Virus record (IMG/VR): IMGVR_UViG_3300025195_000002
Length of the DNA stretch: 64,000 bases
Strand: one strand, 5' to 3'
Origin: a virus
Made by a program: the position numbers and the translations under genes. How positions within the stretch are numbered: position 1 is the stretch's first letter; the number at the start of each line of letters is the position of its first letter. A model generated the notes under the pieces. It made no database searches, had not been told where the DNA came from, and worked only from the letters and a program-made list of their open reading frames with translations. Of this stretch, positions 27,487 to 37,145 are shown piece after piece.

Positions 27487-28188
27487 ATGGCCGATAATAA
27501 CTTTCGCCGTCCACCTCGTAAAAAGAACGCTTTGGACGAGACAAAACTACGCCTAAGTGCCGATCCCGTATCTGGCTCTAAGCGTCGCCCTTCACTGGCA
27601 TTCAGTGTTGTAAAGAACAATCCACGCATCGATATCTACACTAATGTTGAAGGTGATAAAAACAACGGTAACATCCGTGCCGCTATGGATGCACCAGTAT
27701 TCTTCAGCCTGCTTCAGCTAGTTAAAGAAGCAATTGCTGCTGAACCGGGTAAGCGTTGGGCTATTCAAAACAAGAACTACAAGTGGTTTGGTCCTGGTAA
27801 AAAATCCGATGCGCCGGTTAACCTTTCTGATACTATTATCGGTAAGGATGCTGAGGGGCGTATCTTTATCAGCGTTATTGATAAAGAAGATGCTAGTCGT
27901 CCAAAAATCAAATTTTGTTTTGGTTCCGGTTACTGGCATGACATTTTTCATGGTGACGGTACACCGTTTACAGAAGTAGAAGATAGTGTCCTGTGCGCTA
28001 AGGCGTTTGTAGGAATGCTAGAAGGTTTAATACCGGTTGTCATGGCCAATGAATACGAACCGCCAGTTCCACGTGATCAACAAGGTGGTGGGCAAGGTAA
28101 TAGCTACGGTGGTAATGGTGGTGGTAATAATAACTACCAACAGAAATCTGGTGGCGGCGATATCAACTTTGATGATGATATCTTTTAA
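27487..28188 (+). CDS. chmC: ChmC, nucleus-associated nucleic-acid-binding protein (phiKZ gp67/Imp6-like)
   Basis: Lies two genes upstream of PicA and directly before the sigma-like subunit; basic N-terminal and G/N/Q-rich C-terminal disordered segments. Confidence 0.7.
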   Translation: MADNNFRRPPRKKNALDETKLRLSADPVSGSKRRPSLAFSVVKNNPRIDIYTNVEGDKNNGNIRAAMDAPVFFSLLQLVKEAIAAEPGKRWAIQNKNYKWFGPGKKSDAPVNLSDTIIGKDAEGRIFISVIDKEDASRPKIKFCFGSGYWHDIFHGDGTPFTEVEDSVLCAKAFVGMLEGLIPVVMANEYEPPVPRDQQGGGQGNSYGGNGGGNNNYQQKSGGGDINFDDDIF

Positions 28189-28210
28189 ACGGTAATAGTA
28201 AAAAAAGAAT

Positions 28211-28241
28211 AAGGGGTGGGCAAACGCCTACCTCTTATGCC
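28211..28241 (+). terminator. Hairpin + TATGCC element
   Basis: GGGGTGGGC-AAAC-GCCTACCTC followed by TATGCC. Confidence 0.6.
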
Positions 28242-28264
28242 TCTTACTGTAAACCACGCAATTA

Positions 28265-28278
28265 GACACCTACATTAC
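28265..28278 (+). promoter_or_regulatory. Early promoter-like motif GACACCTACATTAC
   Basis: Identical to 5388-5401; upstream of the gp68-gp69-gp70 operon. Confidence 0.68.
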
Positions 28279-28318
28279 TTAGTTGAACCTTTCCCTAACA
28301 TATAAAAAAGAGGTAAGT

Positions 28319-29881
28319 ATGAAGATAACCATTGGTCAGCGCAAACCAAATGGAATCGCTTCGGTCATCACTCAACATGGCGATCGTGCGCTAGAGTGGG
28401 TGCTTAGTCCTTATGAACGTGTAAATTTTCAAAACCCTAACCATCTGTTTGACAATGCTAATGCCTACTTAGCGAAATTAGACAAAGATGTACAACACCG
28501 TATTTGGTCTATGTACGACGAGATTTTCTTAGCGTTTGAAGAAATTGAAAATATCGACGTCTTACAAACAACAGTAACAGAATTGGTAAATCGCTTATAT
28601 ACATTAATTGATGTAGATGCACTTAGATTGTGGTGTAGTCTTTATGGTGTTTACACCATGCCACCAGACTTACATGATGAGTATAGCGAAGGATTTACGA
28701 AAGAGCTTACGTATCTACGTAAAGATTACAAAGGTCTTTTGTTCCTTACTACAGCGCTGCGTTTCATGGTCCCTATCTGGGGCGAATACATTAAACGTAA
28801 TAAAGCTGAAATCGGCACAGCCTATAAAGAATATATGGCAACGGCACTAATTGGTGAATCTGATTTATTTGACTCACCTGAAGTCAATCGATTAGTCGAA
28901 TACATAGAAGCACGTGTGGGTAAGCAGGATACATTGAAACCTACAGCCATACACGGTGGTTTAGGTAGCGTTCAACAGGTTGACTGGTTACTGTCGTTGA
29001 CATTATTGCGACGCATAGCCGTAGCAGAAACAGATAGACAGGATGGATCTATTATCTCTACTATCTATAATGTTATCACCAATCTTATCGAAAACATGGA
29101 TAAAACGATAGGGTCGGGCAAAATAATTATGGATGTTGACCGTTACCGACCTAAACGTGGTGAGGAACGTGAGGATAATGACTCTGTTGCTGAGAATCTA
29201 CAGATATCTCAAAGAGTCTCTGATGCCCATCCTATCATTGCTGAAACTTATGTCTCTGATTATATCAGCATGGCTAAAGATTTATGCAATGCGGTCCCAA
29301 AACGCCTTGTAAGAGAATGTGTGGTAAGGTTAACTAAAGAGGCGGACCTAGAAATAGAACCGTTCCGAGTTAATATTGTAGCGATTATTGCATCCGATGC
29401 AGTATCAATACGTTCGTTACATTCCCTGCACTTCCCTGAATTGTTAAGGATGATAGGTGTTACACAGGCAATACTGATCCACCATGGCTTTTACGACATT
29501 GCAAATATATTAACTGCACGCTGCCAGCCCCAAGACCCCACGATCATACGTGGAGATAGCTACACTAGCAGTACTCGTTCACGTCTTACAAAAGACAACG
29601 TTGAGGCGTTAATGAAACTCTATCCGTACTATAAGCTAAAAGCAAAACCTACGGAAAGGAAGAAAACAGACTGTGAGGGTGTTGAGTTTATTGAAGGATT
29701 TAATAAACATACACAAACACTAGATTGGTTCTATAACTCCCCACCTACTTTGTTGGAGATGCAAGACCCACCACTCACTAACGGTAAACCATTAATTATA
29801 CCTTCGGATATTAGAAACCAACTGGCTACTTTGCTTCTAACGTTCTTAGGTAACAATCTGTCTCAACCTGAGACAGTATAA
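28319..29881 (+). CDS. nvRNAP sigma-like promoter-specificity subunit (phiKZ gp68-like)
   Basis: ATG 28319 after GAGGT gives 520 aa; TYLRKDYKGL..LRFMVPIWGEYI; synteny between ChmC and PicA. Confidence 0.78.
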   Translation: MKITIGQRKPNGIASVITQHGDRALEWVLSPYERVNFQNPNHLFDNANAYLAKLDKDVQHRIWSMYDEIFLAFEEIENIDVLQTTVTELVNRLYTLIDVDALRLWCSLYGVYTMPPDLHDEYSEGFTKELTYLRKDYKGLLFLTTALRFMVPIWGEYIKRNKAEIGTAYKEYMATALIGESDLFDSPEVNRLVEYIEARVGKQDTLKPTAIHGGLGSVQQVDWLLSLTLLRRIAVAETDRQDGSIISTIYNVITNLIENMDKTIGSGKIIMDVDRYRPKRGEEREDNDSVAENLQISQRVSDAHPIIAETYVSDYISMAKDLCNAVPKRLVRECVVRLTKEADLEIEPFRVNIVAIIASDAVSIRSLHSLHFPELLRMIGVTQAILIHHGFYDIANILTARCQPQDPTIIRGDSYTSSTRSRLTKDNVEALMKLYPYYKLKAKPTERKKTDCEGVEFIEGFNKHTQTLDWFYNSPPTLLEMQDPPLTNGKPLIIPSDIRNQLATLLLTFLGNNLSQPETV

Positions 29882-29923
29882 TAACCACCCTTTAATAATT
29901 ACTACGTAATAGGAATTGCGACT

Positions 29924-31393
29924 ATGTATCAAAACAACATGACCATCGAACGTTTAATGTTCTTCGAAGTAGGTAGTTATCATGCATTAGCACTTCGTCC
30001 TTATCAGACACACACAGACCCACAATCACTTAACATCTTCAATGATGTAACGTTGGGGGGTACAAATTTAAATCCCAATGCCATCGCCCAAGGTTGTGAT
30101 GGTTTAGTACGACCCGCTGCGCAACATGCTGGAATGGTAAATATTGCTGGTGGTTGGGACCAAAACCGCATGGTCTTTTTGATGAATGTCTCTATTGAAA
30201 AGATGGGTGTTAAAATCTATCAGGTACTATCAGGCTATACTGATTACATGGGCCTGAGCCTTCAGGGTTCACTAGACCCTAACATGGTTCTCCATTTCAA
30301 TAACTCAGTTGAAATTCGTCAAAGTCAGATTTTAGGTGCCAATGGTCGTCAGATGCAAATGGCGGTGCGTGATGCCTCGCATATTCTGACAGACAGTACT
30401 GGTGGTACTAACCAAGCTGGTGGTTGGGGAGCGTCACCTGGTGCATTGAACTATGCGTGCAGTATGCGCCCACAAGACATATTTAGTCGGACTGGTGGTA
30501 GTGCTATACTACAAGAACAGGTCTATGCTAACAACGCTGTTGATAGTCGAGTTAGTTTCATGCAAGGCCCTAAGAAAAGTCGTCGTTCTAATACCTCAGC
30601 GCCGATTTACCTTAGCCGACTTTTGACCGCTCAACAGACAGCTGAGCGCAACAGCATGGATGCAATGGATGACGATATAACTATCCATAATGCTGCTAAA
30701 GGTCAAGTTATGGAGCAGAGCATGATGGACGATAGCTTTATGTCATCACTAGATGCATACAGTACTATCATGACAACTGGTTCCATCAGCTATGGTCAGT
30801 TATGTCAGGTTAACACACACCTTGACAATATCTGCGAAGTCGTTAAACAAAAAGCAGGTGGACCTATCCATCATGGTCGTGATGCGAACCACTGGAATGG
30901 TGCTAATAACGAAACACTCATTGCCACTATATTAAGTCATTCAGTCCCGGCACTGATGCTTGATCTAATGTTACTAGGTGTTGAGTTCACTGCAACCAAC
31001 AGTACAATGGATAACGACTATGCGGTAGCTGTTACTGGGGCTAATAGCTTTGCAGAAAACATCGACCTGACCCCGTATGTAACACGGTTTATTGATCGTC
31101 TGAAATTAGAAATATTGACAGATGTATCACGTCGCAACCGTCTCTCGTTTGGTATCCACATGCGTTGTGATATCATTGCCGATACTACCATCGACATTAC
31201 GCTGGATGGTAATACTGAGCGCTTTACCATGCCTAGCTTCTGCGACGCATTGGCTGCACCGGTATTCACTAACAATCGAGGTGATTTGGATAAAGTGGCT
31301 AACGACATCATGTCAATTAGCACAAACCTTGAAGCAACTACTGCTATCCATAGCCACCACATTCAACCCTCTTACGATAATCAAGGAGTATGA
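29924..31393 (+). CDS. picA: Phage nucleus protein importer PicA/Imp1 (phiKZ gp69-like)
   Basis: 489 aa; LALRPYQT, IAGGWDQNRMVF, GYTDY, SMRPQDIF and FCDALAAPV; directly after gp68. Confidence 0.75.
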   Translation: MYQNNMTIERLMFFEVGSYHALALRPYQTHTDPQSLNIFNDVTLGGTNLNPNAIAQGCDGLVRPAAQHAGMVNIAGGWDQNRMVFLMNVSIEKMGVKIYQVLSGYTDYMGLSLQGSLDPNMVLHFNNSVEIRQSQILGANGRQMQMAVRDASHILTDSTGGTNQAGGWGASPGALNYACSMRPQDIFSRTGGSAILQEQVYANNAVDSRVSFMQGPKKSRRSNTSAPIYLSRLLTAQQTAERNSMDAMDDDITIHNAAKGQVMEQSMMDDSFMSSLDAYSTIMTTGSISYGQLCQVNTHLDNICEVVKQKAGGPIHHGRDANHWNGANNETLIATILSHSVPALMLDLMLLGVEFTATNSTMDNDYAVAVTGANSFAENIDLTPYVTRFIDRLKLEILTDVSRRNRLSFGIHMRCDIIADTTIDITLDGNTERFTMPSFCDALAAPVFTNNRGDLDKVANDIMSISTNLEATTAIHSHHIQPSYDNQGV

Positions 31394-32595
31394 CCATGAG
31401 TCGCCTAATAACGCTATATAAGACTATCATGACGTCAGCAGGTCTTACGTGCGATGAACAAGGACGCATCTATCAAACCCTAGCAGGTGAATCCATTCCC
31501 TGCACTGTAGGGGAGAAGTCTTTACTTCTCCCTACTTCAGCTGTGTTGAAAGACACTGACTGGTCTAGTGCCGTTGCATTCCACCCACTTAGTGAAAATG
31601 TAGCACGCGGTGAATCAGCCATTATTAAGAAGTTAAAGGAATTACTGTTAATTCGTACTGTACGGGTATTAGACGGCCTTGCATTCCAACTTCTAACCCT
31701 GGCTGCTGATCCTGAACAACATGAAAAACTCAGCCCAGCTCAGTTAGAGTATTTGACTCATGTTAAAGAAGCTGATGCAAAGATGGTTGATGCGTATCGT
31801 AAGGTAATTTCATCTACCACCATCGACGGTAAACACCGTTTAATCAACATGTATCTTAAGCGTTCAGGTACACTGAATGATACGAAGTTTGCAAGACTTT
31901 GTGTAGTCAGTATGCCGTTACTGGATGAAGACCCTGATGACCGTACACTGTTTGACCATAAGGTACGTAAACGTGATTTCACGTCAATACCGGCATTGTT
32001 TGAATATATCCTACCGGGCATTAATGACAATGCATACAGCTATGGTACGCATAACAAAACAGCACCATTCTTTCATGCGTTGATGTTAAGTTACCTAAAC
32101 ATTGCAAAACAGCTGAACCAACGTGTTAATATGTTCAAAGAACATTTAGTAGATGTTGACGATCTGTTAATTGATGTTAGCTTCGAAGCGGAGATGGGTT
32201 GTCTTTCAGACATGCGTGATGAGATTCCGGTACTCGATGGTAACCAGGGTGATATTGAAAATAAAGCACCTGAATCAACTATTACCAACACACCAAATTC
32301 CTCTCCAAAACCTTCTGGGGTTAACGAGACAGTTAAGAAACCAGCACCCGCAACTACTTCAAGTGGCGGGCGTGATTGGAATAGTGTAACAGGTAATCGA
32401 AATCAACAGAGTGGTTATCAACCTGCTAATGTTGGTTGGGGTAGTGCATCGTTTGCACCACCGGCAACCGGACGACAGGCAGCAATGCAGAAACAGCAGC
32501 AGATGCAATATCAAAACTCACCGTGGAACCAAGGACAACAAGGTAACAATGGTTGGTCCCAAGGTAATAATTGGGGTAGTGGGGGTGGCGTATAG
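31390..32595 (+). CDS. Conserved core protein (phiKZ gp70-like) with prion-like tail
   Basis: 401 aa; AFHPLSEN and APFFHALM; Q/N/G/W-rich C-terminus; synteny. Confidence 0.72.
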   Translation: MTMSRLITLYKTIMTSAGLTCDEQGRIYQTLAGESIPCTVGEKSLLLPTSAVLKDTDWSSAVAFHPLSENVARGESAIIKKLKELLLIRTVRVLDGLAFQLLTLAADPEQHEKLSPAQLEYLTHVKEADAKMVDAYRKVISSTTIDGKHRLINMYLKRSGTLNDTKFARLCVVSMPLLDEDPDDRTLFDHKVRKRDFTSIPALFEYILPGINDNAYSYGTHNKTAPFFHALMLSYLNIAKQLNQRVNMFKEHLVDVDDLLIDVSFEAEMGCLSDMRDEIPVLDGNQGDIENKAPESTITNTPNSSPKPSGVNETVKKPAPATTSSGGRDWNSVTGNRNQQSGYQPANVGWGSASFAPPATGRQAAMQKQQQMQYQNSPWNQGQQGNNGWSQGNNWGSGGGV

Positions 32596-32609
32596 TCATC
32601 TAGATAAAA

Positions 32610-32654
32610 CGGCATAGGTAGAGGGGTTAACCCCTCTACCTTCTTTTTTTGCCG
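32610..32654. terminator. Bidirectional terminator: T-run on plus strand, TATGCCG on minus strand
   Basis: CGGCATA, then GGTAGAGGGG-TTAA-CCCCTCTACC, then a T-run ending in GCCG; between convergent genes. Confidence 0.75.
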
Positions 32655-32692
32655 TCAGACTGTCGATTTTTACATAGTAAATAGATAATATG

Positions 32693-33028
32693 TTAAACCT
32701 TGTTAGCAAGATGCATTGCTTTCAAACGTTCTATCTCTTCTACTGCTGGCATGATAACAGTGTTTTTATTAACGTAATCACTGGGATGTTCGTACCCATT
32801 GACTCTTAATATAATCCAGTGATACTTAGTTTGAACATCAAGTTCTAATAGCAGCCCATAGAAATCAGATTCTTGGCGATAAACTCGATGTTCGTCTACC
32901 ACAACAGTCTGTGTTTTTTCATGTTCTCTTAGATGAGTGAGATGGGTCTCTATCATAACACGAAAATCTGCGTCATAGTAAACATCTGCACCATTTTGAC
33001 GCTGTAGTTGGTGAATAGATAATGTCAT
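32693..33028 (-). CDS. LysM-like/T4 gp53-like small protein
   Basis: True start ATG 33028 after AGGAG; DFYGLL..YHWIILRVNG..P resembles the baseplate wedge gp53/LysM pattern. Confidence 0.5.
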   Translation of the reverse strand: MTLSIHQLQRQNGADVYYDADFRVMIETHLTHLREHEKTQTVVVDEHRVYRQESDFYGLLLELDVQTKYHWIILRVNGYEHPSDYVNKNTVIMPAVEEIERLKAMHLANKV

Positions 33029-33049
33029 TGAGTTTCTCCTAAACAACTT

Positions 33050-33063
33050 AACACCTACATTAT
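33050..33063 (+). promoter_or_regulatory. Early promoter-like motif AACACCTACATTAT
   Basis: Upstream of the nvRNAP beta/beta'/helicase operon. Confidence 0.62.
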
Positions 33064-33107
33064 CATAGTGCAAGATAACATAAGCCCTTTACATAGGATT
33101 ATTAACG

Positions 33108-35165
33108 ATGTCTAATAATACAACAGAACTACATCCAGAGCTTATGGGCCTAGGTAATAACCTAGATCCTTTTGGGAAGAACAACTCAGCATCGCGTAGA
33201 AAGATGTTTGCTTCCCATCTAAGTCAGGCGTTGGTAATAGAAGGTTCGACACCTAAACGCATTCAGACCGGAGCGGAGCGAGAGCTTGGTAAATACACTA
33301 AAGCAATCGTAATGCCAGTAGACGCCTCTATCATCAAGGTGATAGAGCGGTATCCAAGACGTCCTGGTGCTGGTTCTATCCGTCACAATCCATCAACTGC
33401 CATCATCTACGAAAACGTAGATACTCAAGAAGTTGATATATTAATGATTGAGAATTTTTGTTCGGACCATAACACCTTTGGTTTTGAACTAAAGCCTACT
33501 TCAATGATGGAAAAGATCTATCCGGGCATGCAGGTTCCTGCTGGCACTATTCTGGCGAAAAGTAATTCACTCAAAGATGATGGTAATTATGCGTATGGGT
33601 TAGAAGCCAATGTTGCGTATATGACTATTCCAGAGACTATTGAAGATGGTTTTGTCATTAGCGAGTCTATGGCTGAGAAGCTTACCACCACCATGACAGG
33701 TAACCGAGTAATCAGTTGGGGTAAAGAGTATTATCCATTGAACCTATATGGCGATGAGAATACTTACAAACCGTTTCCGGATATTGGTGATAAGATACGT
33801 GACGATGGCCTACTTTGTGCACTTCGCAAATACGATCCCGCATTAGGGATGGTTGAAATGACGCCTAAGGCGTTGATGACACCTGACTACACATATGACA
33901 ATTTGACCTATGTTACACCTGCAGCAGGTGCAACGGTTTATGACGTTATTGTGGAACAGGACCATAACTTACCTTATAGTCCTACACCCGTTGGGATGAA
34001 TGAGCAACCTGACAAATACCTTCGATTAAGCAATCAGTTCTACGAATCTATTTATAATGAATATCGTCGAATTGCAAAGCAGCGTGGTAAAGGTCTTATC
34101 CTATCACCAGCCTTATCAAACATTGTTACTAGGGCTATCTCTAATAAACCCAACGCCGCTCCACACAAAGTTACCCAAAAGTATCGCTATACTCCCTTGG
34201 ATGATCGTCGTGTAGAGATTCGCTATTCTAAGAAAGTGAAGGCAACGAAGGGATTTAAAATTACCGATAGTTCAGGAGGTAAGGGTGTTGTTGTAAGCGT
34301 ACGTCCAGATACCAATATGCCTTTAGGACAAGATGGTCTTAGGGCTGATGTAATAATGGATCCCATCTCACCTGTTAAGCGTATTAACTTATCTCAACTA
34401 TACGAACAGTACATTAATGCAACTAGCCATATGGTGTCGTGTATAGTTACTGATCTAGTTAACAGAGGACAGAGTCAAGAAGCGTGGGAGTATGTTAGCA
34501 ACTACTACAGAGTCGTTTCACCACCTATGGCTGAAGTCGTTGAAGAAGTAGTCAATAACGAAAAGCGTATCGCTCACCATCTTGAGAACATTGTTAGCGA
34601 TGGTATCTATCTATACATTCCCACAGACAGTCCTTATATTGGGCCTGACTTAATTAAGGAGTTGAGTGAGAAATTCCCAGTAAACATACAACCGGTCACC
34701 TACACACCAGAGAATGGTGTCCCAGTTACTACAGTAGATCCTGTATTGATTGGTTCAAAGTACATGATGTTGTTAGAAGCTGCACCACATAACTGGTCGT
34801 CAGTTTCAACCGCTAAACTACAACACCATGGTCTTCCAGCTAAAGCCTCTAAGACTGATCGTTATAGCTCACCTAACAGTGAATTGCCGGTTAGGATTAT
34901 GGGTGAGGATGAGGTACGATTGATGATAGCGGCAGTAGGTGCTGAAGTTACAGCGGAGATACTAGATACCTCAGCATCACCGCTATCGCAGAAGGAGACT
35001 ATCAGAAGCATCATGAACACTGATAAACCTAGCCACATTGAACGTGGGGTTAACCGCCGTAAATTCCCATTAGGTCATGCTAGGCCTTTGGAGTATGTTA
35101 ACCATCTATTGAACTGTGCGGGTGTTAGATTAACAAAAGGAACGTATGATCATGACAAAGTTTAA
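33108..35165 (+). CDS. nvRNAP beta C-terminal subunit (phiKZ gp71/73-like), intron-less
   Basis: RRKMFASHLSQ, TIEDGFVISE, GFKITDSSGGKGVV, RADVIMDP, RINLSQL, GSKYMMLL and RIMGEDE. Confidence 0.92.
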   Translation: MSNNTTELHPELMGLGNNLDPFGKNNSASRRKMFASHLSQALVIEGSTPKRIQTGAERELGKYTKAIVMPVDASIIKVIERYPRRPGAGSIRHNPSTAIIYENVDTQEVDILMIENFCSDHNTFGFELKPTSMMEKIYPGMQVPAGTILAKSNSLKDDGNYAYGLEANVAYMTIPETIEDGFVISESMAEKLTTTMTGNRVISWGKEYYPLNLYGDENTYKPFPDIGDKIRDDGLLCALRKYDPALGMVEMTPKALMTPDYTYDNLTYVTPAAGATVYDVIVEQDHNLPYSPTPVGMNEQPDKYLRLSNQFYESIYNEYRRIAKQRGKGLILSPALSNIVTRAISNKPNAAPHKVTQKYRYTPLDDRRVEIRYSKKVKATKGFKITDSSGGKGVVVSVRPDTNMPLGQDGLRADVIMDPISPVKRINLSQLYEQYINATSHMVSCIVTDLVNRGQSQEAWEYVSNYYRVVSPPMAEVVEEVVNNEKRIAHHLENIVSDGIYLYIPTDSPYIGPDLIKELSEKFPVNIQPVTYTPENGVPVTTVDPVLIGSKYMMLLEAAPHNWSSVSTAKLQHHGLPAKASKTDRYSSPNSELPVRIMGEDEVRLMIAAVGAEVTAEILDTSASPLSQKETIRSIMNTDKPSHIERGVNRRKFPLGHARPLEYVNHLLNCAGVRLTKGTYDHDKV

Positions 35166-37128
35166 TGTCAGAGAGTTACAAAAGTTAACCAGCGATGAAA
35201 TATGGGCGATGGATGATAAAGTATTCACCATCGTCTTTGATGATGGTGAGCTAGTAACATCGACACGCCCAACTATACTGAGTCATTACTACTGGGAGAT
35301 GCAGCGGCATTTCCCAAACGCCACTATCTTAAAGCGTCATCATGTAGGTAATGGTCATTTTACACCTAAGTTACATGAAGATATTTTAAGTTACGTACTG
35401 TTTGACACGTTTGCGTCATTAAACGAAGCAGTAGACATCATGTTGTTATCCCGAATCGCATATGAGATAACAAACAAGTTGTATAATGACACTACTGAGA
35501 AGTTAGCTGGATTTGTTTCAACGGTAAGTATTTTGGACTACATCGAAATACACAACCACCCTACTATTAAGAAGGTAAGGGACGAGTTCCAGCCTAATGA
35601 ACGGGCTATCGAACGTGGCTATGGTCATGTAAAAGATCTACTCTATAACCGTGCTGATGAGTTGGTTAATAACAACGTAACTGCCTTTTGTCGGTCTAAC
35701 GTGTTGAGTGTAGGTCAGATAGTTCAGTCAGTTGCGGCACGTGGATTCGTTACGGATATTGATAGTCGTATACCACCTAACCCTATAGCGACAAGTTATA
35801 CAGAAGGGATGAACACCTTACATGATTCGTTAATTGAATCGCGTTCAGGTGCCAAAGCTTCACTTGCACAGAAAGATCCGTTACAGGCAACACAGTATTA
35901 CAACCGGCGGATGCAGCTTGGGTGTTCTATTATAGAAAACTTACATAGGGCAGACTGTGGGACTAAGCGCACTGTACGGTTCCGTGTTCTACCTCAGTCG
36001 TTGAAGGCGTTGGCGGGGAAATACTACCATAGCGGTGACGGTGTACTCAAAGCGATAAAGGGTAATGAAAAGCAGTTAATAGGTCAAACCATCAACATAC
36101 GTTCATCGTTAACCTGCGAACACCCAGACCCTTACGGTGTCTGTAGTATCTGTATGGGTGAGATAGCAACATCGGTACCACCTGGTGCTAACCTGGGACA
36201 CGTGGCGGCTGTAGAACTCTGCGCCGTTATCTCACAAAGTGTACTATCTATTAAACACTTAGAGGTAAGTTCAGTTGCTATTGAGATCACGTTAGACGAT
36301 CATCACCGACAGTACCTTAAACTTGGTACAAAGGGTGATACGGTTTATATCAAGAAACAACCTCGTTATGAGAAAATGGAATTGGTATTAAACTACAATG
36401 ACGTTAAACACATCGGTGACATTAACACTATCGAGGATGTGAGTGATCTATCAGCAGGTAGAATTTCTGCGTGTAAAGATATTGTCTTAAACGGATACCG
36501 TGGTGAGGAGTTTGAAGATGTCTTGTTGACTGTATCGTCAGGTAAGAACTATTCGTCTCTATCAGGCGAGATGTTGGAGTACTTGAAAGAGTATGGGTGG
36601 GAACTTAATGAGAAAGGGTTCTATGTTTGCGATTTAAGTAATTGGGACTTTGACCAACCTGCCTTTACCCTACCGATGCGCCACATGAACATGCTTGAAT
36701 ATATGGATACCATCAAGACGTTCATTGAATCATCAAGTAGCCAGGAAGATAAAGGTGCAAGTATGTCGTCACGGACAACAAAGAAACCCACAGATGACAA
36801 ACGTAACCGCATTGTCAATTGTGATTCGTTGTCTCAAGGTCTGACTGATCTACATGTACTGGTATCAGAAAAGCTCAGTGTAAATATAGCACACCTTGAA
36901 ATTATCATGCTGTCTATTTTGGCACGTAACCCTGATCTTATGGACCATCGCTTACCAAGACCTCAGGACCAAAAGGTCTATGGGACCTATAAGCAAAATA
37001 TGGAACTTAGATCGCTGACGGGTCAGGCTGCTTGGATGAACCAGGCATTGATGTTAACCTCGGCAACGTCATTTGCTGTGACTAACCGACCAAGACATCC
37101 AATGGATATCGTGTTTATTGGAAAGTAA
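35146..37128 (+). CDS. nvRNAP beta' C-terminal subunit (phiKZ gp74-like)
   Basis: ESRSGAKA, YNRRMQL, DCGT, CEH..VCSICMG and VISQSVLSIKH. Confidence 0.92.
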   Translation: MIMTKFNVRELQKLTSDEIWAMDDKVFTIVFDDGELVTSTRPTILSHYYWEMQRHFPNATILKRHHVGNGHFTPKLHEDILSYVLFDTFASLNEAVDIMLLSRIAYEITNKLYNDTTEKLAGFVSTVSILDYIEIHNHPTIKKVRDEFQPNERAIERGYGHVKDLLYNRADELVNNNVTAFCRSNVLSVGQIVQSVAARGFVTDIDSRIPPNPIATSYTEGMNTLHDSLIESRSGAKASLAQKDPLQATQYYNRRMQLGCSIIENLHRADCGTKRTVRFRVLPQSLKALAGKYYHSGDGVLKAIKGNEKQLIGQTINIRSSLTCEHPDPYGVCSICMGEIATSVPPGANLGHVAAVELCAVISQSVLSIKHLEVSSVAIEITLDDHHRQYLKLGTKGDTVYIKKQPRYEKMELVLNYNDVKHIGDINTIEDVSDLSAGRISACKDIVLNGYRGEEFEDVLLTVSSGKNYSSLSGEMLEYLKEYGWELNEKGFYVCDLSNWDFDQPAFTLPMRHMNMLEYMDTIKTFIESSSSQEDKGASMSSRTTKKPTDDKRNRIVNCDSLSQGLTDLHVLVSEKLSVNIAHLEIIMLSILARNPDLMDHRLPRPQDQKVYGTYKQNMELRSLTGQAAWMNQALMLTSATSFAVTNRPRHPMDIVFIGK

Positions 37129-37145
37129 AAAAAAAGGAGGGCATC

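Noticed and set aside
33108-35165. Intron or intein in the nvRNAP beta gene (phiKZ gp71/73 is interrupted)
   Set aside because: The ORF is continuous through all conserved motifs; no insertion seen.
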